Origin: Deltaproteobacteria bacterium
Lineage (GTDB): Bacteria; Myxococcota_A; Polyangia; Polyangiales; Houyiibacteriaceae
NCBI GenBank assembly: GCA_034670305.1
Contig: JAXMNT010000034.1
Span: forward strand, 1 to 64,000
Reading direction: 5' to 3'
Length of the DNA stretch: 64,000 nt
Shown here: positions 8,506 to 18,758 of the stretch, piece after piece
How the letters are laid out: each line of letters begins with the position of its first letter
How positions within the stretch are numbered: position 1 is the stretch's first letter
Made by a program: the position numbers and the translations under genes
Notes under the pieces: generated by a model
Told to the model about the DNA's origin: nothing
Database searches by the model: none
The model's input: only the letters and a program-made list of their open reading frames with translations

Positions 8506-11500
8506 TCAGGTGTCGGGCACCGGTTGGGGGGTCAGGCTGCTCGTGCCTTCGGTGCCCATGCGACCGAAGCGGTCGCGGCCCCAACACACGAGGCCGCCGC
8601 TGGTCCGCACCGCGCAGCTGTAGGACTCCGCGACCCCGATGGTGCGCACCCGCAGCGGAGCGCCGGTGCTCGGATCGAGGACGACCTGGGGCGTCGGTCG
8701 ATCCGTGCGGGTTCCGTCGCCGACCTGGCCCTCGTGGTTCTGGCCCCAACAGACGACGCGGTCGTCCATGAGGCGCGCGCAGGCGTGGCCGGACGCGGCG
8801 GCGACCTCGACCGCGGTGGCGATGCCGACCACGTCGACTGCGTACGCGCGGTTGGTCGGCAGCGCGAGGGTCCCGTCGCCGAGCTGCCCTTCGTCGTCGT
8901 TGCCCCAGCAGCGGATCCGTCCGTCGCCGAGGAGCGCGCACCCGTAGTTGATGCCCATCGACACGGCGACCGCGCCACTCACGTCGACGAGCGGCGTGGG
9001 CAGCGTGTTGTCGGCGCTCGGACCACGGTCGCCCAATCGGTCGTTGGTCACCTCTCCCCAGCACAGCACCTGGCCGGTCGCACGCACCGCACACATGGCC
9101 GTGCCGGCGCTCCCGAGATCGACCGCGTCGTCGATGCCAGTCGCGGGGGTGGGCGTCGTTTGATCGGTGGTCGAACCGTTGCCGAGGCGTCCCTGAGCAC
9201 CTTCGCCCCAGCAGTCGACCTCGCCGGTCGTGCGACGGCCGCACGAGAAGAGCGCGCCCGCGGTCAGCTCGGCGTAGGTGCTCCCTGCCGGCGTCATGGC
9301 CACCACGCTCATGCCAGCGTCTGGGGTGACGGTGGTGCCATCGCCGAGCTGACCGCGGATGTTGGTGCCCCAGCAGCGCACCGTCGCACCTCCGTCCTGC
9401 AGCACACATCGGTGTTCCTCGGGCACGGCGTCCTGCCGGTGCGCGCTCAGGAACTCCGCTTGCACATCGAGCGTTCGCAACACAGTCGAGTCGAAGCGCT
9501 CGCGGTCCAGGTAGACGTCGTTGTGATCTTGGCCGGAGCACGCGATGCCGCCGGACGCCCGCCGGATGCACAGGTTCCAATGCGACATCGCGATCTGCTC
9601 GATCGGATCGTCCGCGCAGACGGACGCCGCGCAGGTCTGCGCCGCCAAACAGACGCTGCCGCACGCGCCGCAGTGGGTGCGGTCGGTCGTGACGTCGGTC
9701 TCGCAGCCGTCAAGGGTCGTCCCGTTGCAATCGCCGAGGCCGGTGGTGCAGGTGCAGCCCCCGCCGGCCGCACACATGCCCGTGTGTCCCGCTTCGGAGC
9801 ACGCCATCACCGCATCGCCCTCGTCGACCCCGCCGTCGCAGTCCTCGTCGAGACCGTCGCAGCGTTCGACCCGCAGGGGGCTGCGCAACGGATCCGTGTC
9901 GTCGCAGTCGCCGGACGCCGCGACGTAGCCCGCCGGAGCGGGGCCGCAAGACAGCGCGGTGTCGGTGTCGGTGCCCACCCCATCGGAGTCCGCGTCGCGG
10001 TAGTACGTCGTCGCGGGTCCCTCGTCCGTGGTCCCGTCGCAGTCCTCGTCGGCCCCGTCGCAGGTCTCCGTGCCGGTGGGGTTCACGTCCATGCGCGCGT
10101 CGTCGCAGTCGTCTGCGTTGGGGGCACGCCCCGCGACGGGTGCACAGCTCGAAACGGGCGCGGGCCCGCCGGGGTCGCCGAACCCGTCGCCGTCCCCGTC
10201 CGCGTACCAGTCGAGCGGCGCCGCGCCCTCGTCGACCATCCCGTCGCAGTCCTGGTCCACCAGGTCGCAGAGCTCGGTGGCGCCGGGAAAACGGCCGGCC
10301 GCCGTGTCGTCGCAGTCTCCTGGAAGCTCCGCTTCGCCGGCGGCGAGCACACAGGTCGTGCGGGCGCTCATCGCGTCGCCGAAGCCGTCGCCGTCTGCGT
10401 CGGTGTACGCCACGCGCTGCGCGGAGTCCTCGTCGACGCGTCCGTCGCAGTCGTTGTCCAGCCCATCGCAACGCTCGGTCTGTGCTGGGCCCCGACCGGC
10501 GTCGGCGTCGTCGCAGTCGCCACCGCGCAGGACGAACGACCCAGGCGGCCGCTCGCAGCCGGTGAAGGCGCCGGCCGCCCCGCCGTATCCGTCCCCATCC
10601 GCATCGGCGAACCAGCGAAGGTCCTCGCGCACGTCCTCGTCGATGCGGCCGTCGCAGTCGTTGTCGACCTCATCGCAGAGTTCGGGCACGTCGGGTCCCG
10701 CCAGCGGATCGCGGTCGTCGCAGTCGAGCCCGCCGCACCGCATGTCCGCGACGCCGTCCCGGTCGTCGTCCTCGTGGTCGCCGGGCGTGATCTCGAACCC
10801 CGCGAACCCATCGCAGTCGTCGTCGCGGCCGTTGCAGAGCTCGACCGCCGCCGGGCTGCGGCTCGCGTCGGTGTCGTCGCAATCCGTCGGCAAGAGCGCG
10901 TGGTCGGCTGGTGGCTCGCACGCGAAGACCGGGGCCGCGGAGGGATCGCCGAAGCCATCGCCATCGGTGTCCGGGTACCAAGGCACCGTCACGGTCTCTT
11001 CGTCGACCAGCCCGTCGCAGTCGTTGTCCTGCCCATCGCAGACTTCGAGCAAGAGCCCGTGGGACCGCGCGTCTTCGTCGTCGCAGTCCGCGTCGCTCGT
11101 GGAGGTGTGGGCGCGGCCGGGACAGCTGAGCACCGTGCCGTCCGGGTCGCCGTGCAGATCCCCGTCGTCGTCGCGGAACGCGGTCTGGACGAGCCCCTCG
11201 TCGACCGCGCCATCGCAGTCCTGATCGGTGCCGTCGCAGGTCTCCGTCGCGTCCGGACGCACCGAGGCCTGGGTGTCCACGCAGTCGCGGCCACAGCTGT
11301 CCCCGTTGCAACAGCGCGCGTCTTCGAACGAGTCGCCGTCCACATCGCGGCCGCCAAACGTGGTCGGGTCGCAGTCCTCGTCGTGCCCCGCTTCGTCGCA
11401 GACCTCCACGTTGCCGGGGTAGCGGTCCGCGTCCGAGTCGTCGCAATCGTCCCCGCCGCACGCGGCGGCCAGGTGCCCGTCCCCGTCGTCGTCCGCGCAG

Positions 11501-11757
11501 TCGACCGTGCACGCGCTCTCGACTTCGTCGCACCCGCCCGCCACGCACGGAGGCGCGCCCGGTACGCATCCGAAGGCGCTCCGCAGAGGCGAGGTTGGAT
11601 CGCAACGTTCTGGGCCGTTGCAGAACAGACCGTCGTCGCAGTCGTCGTGGTTCTCGCAGCCAGCGGTGCCCCCGTCGAAGGGGGGCATCGCGTCGTCGCC
11701 ACCGCACGCGAGGAGCAGGACGAAACAAGCTGCGCCTACAGAGAGTCCGTTGCGCAT
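8506..11757 (-). CDS. Lipoprotein with MopE-like putative metal-binding repeats and C-terminal RCC1-like propeller
   Basis: Lipobox LLAC; many DCDD...ExCDGxDxDCDG repeats; CWGxNxxGQLGDG repeats. Confidence 0.88.
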   Translation of the reverse strand: MRNGLSVGAACFVLLLACGGDDAMPPFDGGTAGCENHDDCDDGLFCNGPERCDPTSPLRSAFGCVPGAPPCVAGGCDEVESACTVDCADDDGDGHLAAACGGDDCDDSDADRYPGNVEVCDEAGHDEDCDPTTFGGRDVDGDSFEDARCCNGDSCGRDCVDTQASVRPDATETCDGTDQDCDGAVDEGLVQTAFRDDDGDLHGDPDGTVLSCPGRAHTSTSDADCDDEDARSHGLLLEVCDGQDNDCDGLVDEETVTVPWYPDTDGDGFGDPSAAPVFACEPPADHALLPTDCDDTDASRSPAAVELCNGRDDDCDGFAGFEITPGDHEDDDRDGVADMRCGGLDCDDRDPLAGPDVPELCDEVDNDCDGRIDEDVREDLRWFADADGDGYGGAAGAFTGCERPPGSFVLRGGDCDDADAGRGPAQTERCDGLDNDCDGRVDEDSAQRVAYTDADGDGFGDAMSARTTCVLAAGEAELPGDCDDTAAGRFPGATELCDLVDQDCDGMVDEGAAPLDWYADGDGDGFGDPGGPAPVSSCAPVAGRAPNADDCDDARMDVNPTGTETCDGADEDCDGTTDEGPATTYYRDADSDGVGTDTDTALSCGPAPAGYVAASGDCDDTDPLRSPLRVERCDGLDEDCDGGVDEGDAVMACSEAGHTGMCAAGGGCTCTTGLGDCNGTTLDGCETDVTTDRTHCGACGSVCLAAQTCAASVCADDPIEQIAMSHWNLCIRRASGGIACSGQDHNDVYLDRERFDSTVLRTLDVQAEFLSAHRQDAVPEEHRCVLQDGGATVRCWGTNIRGQLGDGTTVTPDAGMSVVAMTPAGSTYAELTAGALFSCGRRTTGEVDCWGEGAQGRLGNGSTTDQTTPTPATGIDDAVDLGSAGTAMCAVRATGQVLCWGEVTNDRLGDRGPSADNTLPTPLVDVSGAVAVSMGINYGCALLGDGRIRCWGNDDEGQLGDGTLALPTNRAYAVDVVGIATAVEVAAASGHACARLMDDRVVCWGQNHEGQVGDGTRTDRPTPQVVLDPSTGAPLRVRTIGVAESYSCAVRTSGGLVCWGRDRFGRMGTEGTSSLTPQPVPDT

Positions 11758-11957
11758 CGGGCAAGTCTGCCAAAGACCCGCAGGTCCTGTCACTTGGCCC
11801 GCCTACCGGTGCGAGACGACCCGCCACTCGCCGGCGACGTACACCACCAGCAATGGATCGAAGCCGGTCGCGCATTCGATCGGGAGCAGGGGCTCTTGCC
11901 CAACGAGCGCGGCCCGCTCGACGTTCCATGCCGGGTGTTTGACCACGCCTGAGTGGT

Positions 11958-12908
11958 CTAGCGGTCCGGGACGACGAAGCGGGCGGAGATGGGCAGGACC
12001 AGGTCGCCTTCGAGATCTGGGAAGCGTGCTTTCATCGTGTCGACGAACTCCGCCTGGGTGGCGGGCTCCGCGGCGATCACTTCTTCCGCGACCGGCAGGT
12101 ACGCACGCGTCCCTTCGAGCAGCGCGGCGGTTCCGGGCGGGCCATGGCCGACCAGGACATACGCGTCTTCCGACGCGCGGGTCTCTTCGATCAAGCGGCT
12201 CAACACACCGCGCCATGCCCGCAAACGCAAGGTGCCGACGAAGGGGTGGTAGCCCTGGGTCGAAAGATCCTGGACTGCGAGCACGTCGTGCACGGGCAGG
12301 CGAACCACCAGCTGGGTGACGTCTTCGGCGTTCGACACCGATTCGAAGTCGAACTCGATGCCGGCAAGAGTCTCTCGGCCCGGCATCTGTTCGTGCTCGG
12401 GGAACCGCGCGAAGTCCGTGATCTCGTCGCCGATGCGTGCGACGTGGCCGCTGCGGTGGCCTCGCCAGCGTCGCCGCATGTGGGCGATGGATTCGGCCAG
12501 GGCGTAGGTCGGAAGGTCGTCGAAGTACTCGAGGCCGAAGTAGTGGTCCGGGTGTCCGTGCGAGATGATCACCCGCTCGACGGGTTTGCCGATCGCGTCG
12601 ACGTACGCCCGCAGCGCCTGCGCGTCGCGGCGCAGCAAGTGCGTGTCGAGCACCACCACGCCCGTCGGTCCTTCGAACACGTGGGTCGCGGTGCCCACCC
12701 GGTCGGCGCGCGACACCAGGGTATGAATTCTGACCTCGCCGAACGTGCGCGTCACGACTTCTTGATCGATGTCGGGGACGGTCTCGAGCGGACGGGGCTC
12801 GGCCGAGCGCGTCGCCGTTTGCTCCGCTGGCGCGTTGGCCGTCGAACCACACGCCAGCAGGTGGAGGGTGAGAAGGAGAGAAGAACGAGTGGAAGTCGCG
12901 GGAGGCAT
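11958..12908 (-). CDS. MBL-fold metallo-hydrolase lipoprotein, full-length copy
   Basis: SHGHPDH, VGHG, intact helical C-terminus; lipobox LLAC. Confidence 0.88.
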   Translation of the reverse strand: MPPATSTRSSLLLTLHLLACGSTANAPAEQTATRSAEPRPLETVPDIDQEVVTRTFGEVRIHTLVSRADRVGTATHVFEGPTGVVVLDTHLLRRDAQALRAYVDAIGKPVERVIISHGHPDHYFGLEYFDDLPTYALAESIAHMRRRWRGHRSGHVARIGDEITDFARFPEHEQMPGRETLAGIEFDFESVSNAEDVTQLVVRLPVHDVLAVQDLSTQGYHPFVGTLRLRAWRGVLSRLIEETRASEDAYVLVGHGPPGTAALLEGTRAYLPVAEEVIAAEPATQAEFVDTMKARFPDLEGDLVLPISARFVVPDR

Positions 12909-12953
12909 TGTTGGGGTTTTCGGGGGCGAAGAAGACGCCGACGTGAAGCGCCG

Positions 12954-13724
12954 TCAGGGGGTGTCTCGGCTGCTGCAATGGGCGAGGAACGTTTCGCCGT
13001 AGCGCTCAAGCTGCTCCTGCGCGCGCGGGGTGCCCGCTTCTTCGTAGAGGTCGACCGCGTCGCAGTGGATGCGCGCTGCCTGGATGTTGGTCATCTCCCG
13101 CAGCTGGCCCGTGAAGTACGCGAGGTGTCCGTCGCGCTCCTCGGCTGGGCGCTCGTCGACCCGCGCGAGGTAGTCCACCGGCACCCTCATCCGGTACCCG
13201 CGAACGAAGCGCGCAAGCGTGTCCCGCGCGTCGGCCCGGAGTGTCGTGCAGGCGGGAAGCAGCGCTGACGAACCCCTCACGAGCTCCGCGCATGCCGCGT
13301 CCAGGCGGTGGATCCTCCCTGCGATGAGGTCGAGCGAGCGACGCAGCCGCACGAGCGCATCTTCCATCGTGCGGTCCTGGACGTCGTCGAACTCGACCAC
13401 GGCCAGCGCATCGTAGTGACGGACGGCATCGGCCAATGCGCTTGGCCGCGTGCCCGAATGGGCCTCGCTCGTGTTCGGCAACGGGGGTGCCAGGTTGGCC
13501 GGCGGTCGCCCGGTTCCCCCCGTCATCTGCGAGAACACGGATCCACAGTCGGTCCCGTAGCACTGGACCGGGATGGGTTCTGCAGCAGCCACCGCAGTGG
13601 TCGGTGCCTCTACGGTTGCCTCCGCGCCAGCGGTTTCATCGGCTGGAGCTTCGGTCGTGTGGGCGGGTGCCGGGTCCGAAGCGCACGCACAAAAGAGGAT
13701 GAAGAACATGTGGGTTGAACGCAC
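12954..13724 (-). CDS. Hypothetical helical lipoprotein
   Basis: FFILFCAC leader, Ala/Pro linker, helical C-terminal domain. Confidence 0.65.
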   Translation of the reverse strand: MRSTHMFFILFCACASDPAPAHTTEAPADETAGAEATVEAPTTAVAAAEPIPVQCYGTDCGSVFSQMTGGTGRPPANLAPPLPNTSEAHSGTRPSALADAVRHYDALAVVEFDDVQDRTMEDALVRLRRSLDLIAGRIHRLDAACAELVRGSSALLPACTTLRADARDTLARFVRGYRMRVPVDYLARVDERPAEERDGHLAYFTGQLREMTNIQAARIHCDAVDLYEEAGTPRAQEQLERYGETFLAHCSSRDTP

Positions 13725-13757
13725 CGCGCAGTCCTACCACGCGGTTCGCAGCCTGGG

Positions 13758-15053
13758 TCACCAGCTCGAGCTCGCGCCGCCCCCGCCGAACCCACCGCCT
13801 CCGCCGGAGTAGCGCGACGAGCCGCCTCCGGAGTGGCCCCGGGAGCTGCCGAAACTCGAGGACCTGTGCGAGGCGCCCGACGAGAAACCGGACCTGCCGG
13901 ACGAGAAGCTGTCGAAGTCGTCAAGACCGTTGCCCTCGCCGAGGAGGAACTCGAGTACGCCAACCCGCAACCCGCGCGACCGACGCGGCGCGTAGAGTCG
14001 GGTGACGACGACCTGAATCGCGGCGGCCACCCACAAGCCAACGCCGGGGGAGCCGATCCACATGCCCACCCCCACGAAGGCGACCACACTCAGGATGGTG
14101 ACCAGCACGATGTAGTGAAACGACTTGAACGCGGACGACCAGAGAAAGCTGCGGCCCGCGATCAGGCCTGCGCCCGCGCCGACGAGCGGGAACCAACCGA
14201 GGTCGAGTTGGTGCGCCGCCACCGCGGATCCGCCGAGGAACAACACCACCCACGCCAGCGCCAGCAGGTCGAGCTCGAGCGTCCGAGATTCGGCCCGCGC
14301 CTCCGTCTCGCGACGCGCGCCGCGCCGGCGGCCGACGGCACCCAGGAGGCTGCCCAGCAGGAACAGGACTGCGTATGCACCGGCGGTCGGGGCGCCGGGC
14401 CAGGTGACCTGGCCCATCGATCGCGCGAGGTTGCGGTGGGTCGCCAGGTAGCGATCGATCTCGCCTTGTCTGCGCGGTGCGTGCGGTGCGCGGGTGGCCG
14501 GCCTGGCGCTCTGGCTGGTGCCCGGTCGGAGCGTCTCCGGTGCGTCGGTGGCTCGAGCACCCGAGGCGGTCGCCTCGATGAACGCGTGCACCATCCCCTC
14601 GACCGCACCGTCGTAGTCGCCGGTGCGAAGGAAGGGGATCGCAGTGCGCACGAGTCGCGACGCACGCGCATCGGGCACGCTCGCCTCCAGCCCGTACCCG
14701 ACCTCGAGCCGCATGCGCCGGTCCGAGACCGCGAGCACGAAGAGCGCCCCATCGTCGCGGTCTTCGTCCCCACCCCTCCACCGCGTGGCGACGCGCAGCG
14801 CGAAGTCTTCGATCGGCGCCCCGCTGGTCGTGTCGACGACGAGCACGGCCAGTTGCACCCCGGTCGATGTGTGGTGCGCCCGCAACAACCCAGAGATGCG
14901 ATCGACGCCGGGTTCCGAGAGCACGCCGGCGCGGTCGGTGACCGGAGCGTTGATCACCACCGCGTCGTCCTGGGCGCTCGCGCGCGGGACGCAGAAGAGA
15001 AGGAGCGTGCAAGCCACCAGACCCGCAAGACGAGTCTTGCCTGAGGTGGCCAT
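13758..15053 (-). CDS. TPM-domain (YgcG-like) membrane protein with Gly/Ser-rich tail
   Basis: VTDRAGVL...RLEVGYGLE...GDYDGAV; TM segments; ends SGGGGGFGGGGASSSW. Confidence 0.88.
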   Translation of the reverse strand: MATSGKTRLAGLVACTLLLFCVPRASAQDDAVVINAPVTDRAGVLSEPGVDRISGLLRAHHTSTGVQLAVLVVDTTSGAPIEDFALRVATRWRGGDEDRDDGALFVLAVSDRRMRLEVGYGLEASVPDARASRLVRTAIPFLRTGDYDGAVEGMVHAFIEATASGARATDAPETLRPGTSQSARPATRAPHAPRRQGEIDRYLATHRNLARSMGQVTWPGAPTAGAYAVLFLLGSLLGAVGRRRGARRETEARAESRTLELDLLALAWVVLFLGGSAVAAHQLDLGWFPLVGAGAGLIAGRSFLWSSAFKSFHYIVLVTILSVVAFVGVGMWIGSPGVGLWVAAAIQVVVTRLYAPRRSRGLRVGVLEFLLGEGNGLDDFDSFSSGRSGFSSGASHRSSSFGSSRGHSGGGSSRYSGGGGGFGGGGASSSW

Positions 15054-15124
15054 GAATGTCGTCCGCGACGCGTGCACATGCGCGGCCGAAGACCACGAGC
15101 GCTTCCCGTGGAAGGCCGGGCGCC

Positions 15125-15685
15125 TCACCAGTGCTCTTCGTCGGAGAGCCGGACCGCGTGCGGCAAGCCGTACACCGCCGCACACAGTCCGCCCCACGGC
15201 CCAGCCGAAGCTGCGTTGAAGGCGCTCGCAGCCTCGTCGTAGCGGGCCCGTTCGATGCGCACCCGGTTCTCGGCGCCGCTGATCTCCGCATCGCGGTCGG
15301 GGGAAGCGGGTGCCTCGAGCCATTGCTGCAAGGTGGCCGCTTGGCGTTCGCGCACGTTGAGCACCTGAGCGTGGGCGCGTCCGACCTCCGCATAGAGCTC
15401 GGAGAGTTCGGAGCCGTGGTTCGCGATCCCGATGCCGGTGAGTCCTGCGGCGACCACCACGACGCCGAGCAGCAGCAAGCCGATCTCGCGCGTCCGGGTG
15501 CGCCGTGTCCGGAGTGCGGCCCGCTCCGCGATCGCTTTGTCCCGCAAGATGGCCAACGCGCGTTCGTTGACCACCCCGCAGTAGCCACAGGCCGCGCGTT
15601 CGAGCAGGTCGCCGTCCTCTCCGCTGCGGAACCGGACCTGCGCGCCGCATTCGATGCAGTCGAAGACGTCCGCGAACTCGCTCAT
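15125..15685 (-). CDS. LemA-family protein with N-terminal CxxC/CxxC
   Basis: TM helix then AQVLNVRERQA and EISGAENRVRIERARYDEAASAFN; lies between two TPM genes. Confidence 0.78.
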   Translation of the reverse strand: MSEFADVFDCIECGAQVRFRSGEDGDLLERAACGYCGVVNERALAILRDKAIAERAALRTRRTRTREIGLLLLGVVVVAAGLTGIGIANHGSELSELYAEVGRAHAQVLNVRERQAATLQQWLEAPASPDRDAEISGAENRVRIERARYDEAASAFNAASAGPWGGLCAAVYGLPHAVRLSDEEHW

Positions 15686-16165
15686 TCTTCGGACTCCCCG
15701 GCATCTCTTGGCGGCACACCGTCGACAACGATCGGCGCGTTCGGCAGCTCATCGCCCGCGGTGTCGTCGCCCGGCACCCGCGCCCGCAGATGTTCGCCGA
15801 TGACACCCAGCGCCTCGCACAGTCCGTCCACCATCGCGCCCGCGGCGGCGCCCTTTGCGACCGCGTCGGTCACCCCGGTCCAGGGCGCGTCCTCGTCGTG
15901 CACGCCGCCGCCGCCGTACACCGCGGCCACCCGGCTGCGCGTCGCGACGTAGAGCAGCACACCCGTGTCCCCCTCGGTGCGGTCGAGTCCGTGGATCCGG
16001 TACAGGGCCTTCGCCCGCACCAACGGATCCTTCACCGGGCAACGCCGCTCGACACACAGCCGCACCTCGCCGCGGCTCTCGCGCTCGGCGTTCCCGACAG
16101 CCCGCACGATGCGCGCTTCTTCATCCAGCGTGAACACCACCGGACCCGTTCTCCTTGGGGAGGTC
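15682..16165 (-). CDS. TPM-domain protein
   Basis: RIVRAVGNAERESRGEVRLCVE...TGVLLYVA...DELPN; stop overlaps next start; start approximate. Confidence 0.82.
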
Positions 16166-16193
16166 ACCCCATCGCGAGAGACTGGATGGATGT

Positions 16194-16310
16194 GTCTCAC
16201 GCGGGGTTGCTCCGCGTCCAGACGCCTTCGGCTTTCTTGGGACCCTTGGAAACGGCTCCGGACCTGCTCGTCGCGCTCCTGCGCGGGCCCGAAGCCTCCC
16301 TCGCGAGAGA
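16194..16310 (-). repeat. Dispersed intergenic palindromic repeat, family B, copy 1
   Basis: Reverse complement aligns with 36606-36727 (gaggcttcgggcccgcgcaggagcg...gacgagcaggtccggagccgtt). Confidence 0.8.
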
Positions 16311-16335
16311 CACACCATCCGGCGAGCATACCCGG

Positions 16336-16842
16336 TCAGGGATCGGGTGGGCGGTATCTCGCGCGCTGCGCGGCGGTCGCCGGGGCGTAGGTCGAGTAGG
16401 GGTACCACCACCCGTCTTGCCAATCCCAGTCGGTGCCCGAGAACGGGCTCCCGCCGAACTCCGGAAAGATGCGCAGCGCGTCGAGCGGCGTGTCGGGGAA
16501 CGGGGCGATCCACTGTTTGTCTCCGTAGCGCTCCTCGTCCGTGTTCTCCCACGCGACCATGAGGTGGTAGAGGTCGCCCGCCCCGACGTGCCCGAGCTCC
16601 ACGTCGAAGTGTCCGATGCGGCGCAGCGCGTGGTCGGAGCGAAGGTCGGTCGAGGGCTTCCACTCGGTGTGCGCGCCGACGAGCAGCACCCCGCCGCTGA
16701 TCCCGCTCCAAACCGTGGTCTGAAAGCCAGGGGCTGCTTCGATGGCGGTGATCGAGAGCGCGAGCTGTCCGTCCTCGGCGACGAAGAGCGCGCCGAGCGC
16801 CGCAGAAGGCGGCACGTGTCCGCGCGTGGGTTCCTCGGACAT
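16336..16842 (-). CDS. Hypothetical protein
   Basis: ATG 16842 in ORF 16336..17304; Trp/Asp-rich globular-looking sequence. Confidence 0.6.
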   Translation of the reverse strand: MSEEPTRGHVPPSAALGALFVAEDGQLALSITAIEAAPGFQTTVWSGISGGVLLVGAHTEWKPSTDLRSDHALRRIGHFDVELGHVGAGDLYHLMVAWENTDEERYGDKQWIAPFPDTPLDALRIFPEFGGSPFSGTDWDWQDGWWYPYSTYAPATAAQRARYRPPDP

Positions 16843-16974
16843 GCGGTCGAAGGTAGGGCGCGCGTCGCGGCTTTGCACGTTCGCTTGCCGCCGTCGGCGC
16901 ACGCCGGGACTTCCGGTGGCGGTCACGGGACAAACGCCGGCGCATGCTTCTGGCAGGACCCTGGCTACGTTCGC

Positions 16975-17496
16975 ATGCTCTACACCGCCGCGGGCACGCG
17001 CCTCGAGACCCGGCCGACGCCACCACGCTCGCCCACGCAGCAGTCTGCGAAGGATGCGGAGGACGCGAGCCGGGCGGAGTTTCTCGAAGAGTTCGGGGAG
17101 CTCGAACCCGAGCGCGCGCCCGACCACGATCGCATCGAGCAAGGGGTCGCGCTCGCCTTCCACGCTTCGCTCGACCTCCCCCGCGCGCCCGAACAATGGA
17201 ACACCGCACCGGTGGACCGCGACGAGGCGTATGAGCTTCTCGAGATGGCCAATGAACTGCTGTTCGAGCTCTGCCCCGTCGACCGTCGGCGACGCAACGA
17301 CCACCTGCTGGGCTACCCAGCCGTCTCATCGCTGATGTACGACCCCACCCCGACCGGCTCCGTTCACTTGCTCAACCTCTTCTCCCACGCCGACCTCGGC
17401 TGGTGCTGGCACGACGGTGACTACCTGCACGTCTCCATCACCCCCGAAGCGTTGCGCAAGCGAGACTTCGGCACCGTCGCCAACGACGCCGGCTAG
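16975..17496 (+). pseudogene. DUF1963/YwqG-like C-terminal fragment
   Basis: HLLGYP...HLLNLFS...WCWHDGDYLHVSITPEALRKRDF; N-terminal part apparently missing. Confidence 0.6.
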
Positions 17497-17594
17497 AGCA
17501 CCGAAAGAAAGCGCGACCGGAACCGGCGCCACCCGCCACCCGCCCGCACCGCGTCCCTCGGACCCCACGCGCAGCGCTGCGGTAGCATCGCGCG

Positions 17595-18668
17595 ATGCAA
17601 CGATGCGCCCGGCTCCTCTCCGTCTTCTGGTTGTCTGCATGTGGCGCGGCGAACGCTGCCCCGGCTGCCGTTCCCGAGCCCGCGGAAGTGACGCCGACCC
17701 CTGCGCCCGACCCGTCTTCGCCAGGCACGCGCGTGATGGTCAGCACGGCGGGCGAGAACGCCGCCGGGACGTTTGTCATCGACGTGGATGCGCCCGCAAA
17801 CCGTGTGGTGTTCGGGGAAGGCAACCTCGTCTTGGCACGTGCACCGGACGGCGACGCGTTCGTCGCCCTCCCCGTTCGCGAAGGTCGACCGCGCTCGCAA
17901 GACGGATACCGTGTGCTGAACCAGACGGGGCAACCGCTGGGTGCGTATCCGTCGGACTGTGTGCCGCTGTTGCTCGATGCCGAACGCCTCGTGCTTTGCG
18001 AACAGACCCCCGAAGCGGATCCCCCACAGGTCGCGGTCGTCTTGGTCAACACGCGGTCCGGCGCACGCACGACGCTCGGCGAAGAAGAGGGGCGGGTCTG
18101 GGACGATGTTCCTCTGAGCCTCACCCCGGAGGGCGACTCGGTGTGCTTCCACCTGCGCCGCTCCGACACGCGCGGTCTCTACTGCGTGGCTCTGGCCGGC
18201 GGACCGGTCGCGGAGTTCGTGCGCGATGGCTTCTTCGCGGTCTTCCACGATGCGCAGACGGCCTTCGTGCTCACCAACACGGATCACCAACGACTGCTTC
18301 AACGCTTCGACTATGCGGCGAGCGGGGTCTCGAACCCGCGGCCGATCCCGGTGGTGGGGGCGCTCCTCGCGATGCCGGTCGACGCCGGACGGGCGCTCGT
18401 GTTCGCACGGGAAGAAGAGCACTCCTGGCCCCTGCACCTGCTCTCGCTCGAGTCCGGGGAGACCCAAGTGCTCGATCCGTCCGCGTCGGTGACCGACGGA
18501 ACCCCGTTCGGCCCATTCGTTCGCATCGCCGGCGATCGCATCGTGTACGTGGGTCGCGGAGACGAGGGATCGGAGCTGCGGGTGGTCTCTCTCGACGGCG
18601 CAGAACCGCCGCGGCGAACCGGCGACCAAACGTTCCGGCAAGGCTTCGTCGTCGGCCTCGCTCCCTGA
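17595..18668 (+). CDS. Lipoprotein, TolB-like beta-propeller
   Basis: Lipobox LSAC; APDG/TPEG/ESGE blade-like motifs. Confidence 0.7.
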   Translation: MQRCARLLSVFWLSACGAANAAPAAVPEPAEVTPTPAPDPSSPGTRVMVSTAGENAAGTFVIDVDAPANRVVFGEGNLVLARAPDGDAFVALPVREGRPRSQDGYRVLNQTGQPLGAYPSDCVPLLLDAERLVLCEQTPEADPPQVAVVLVNTRSGARTTLGEEEGRVWDDVPLSLTPEGDSVCFHLRRSDTRGLYCVALAGGPVAEFVRDGFFAVFHDAQTAFVLTNTDHQRLLQRFDYAASGVSNPRPIPVVGALLAMPVDAGRALVFAREEEHSWPLHLLSLESGETQVLDPSASVTDGTPFGPFVRIAGDRIVYVGRGDEGSELRVVSLDGAEPPRRTGDQTFRQGFVVGLAP

Positions 18669-18758
18669 CGCCCACGCTGCTGAGTTCGTCTAAACCGCCC
18701 AAACAGCGCCCAGAGACATTCTGCCGGTACTGCGATACAGTAGTCCCGGGGGTGGGAC

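Noticed and set aside
11803-11950. Short protein-like frame between the MBL and MopE genes
   Set aside because: Under 50 codons and no family evidence
7351-11952. 1533-aa + strand ORF
   Set aside because: Antisense shadow of real minus-strand genes; Arg/Ala/Val-rich with no motifs
4095-12788. MBL duplicate as a DGR template/variable pair
   Set aside because: No reverse transcriptase; differences look mostly synonymous, not adenine-specific
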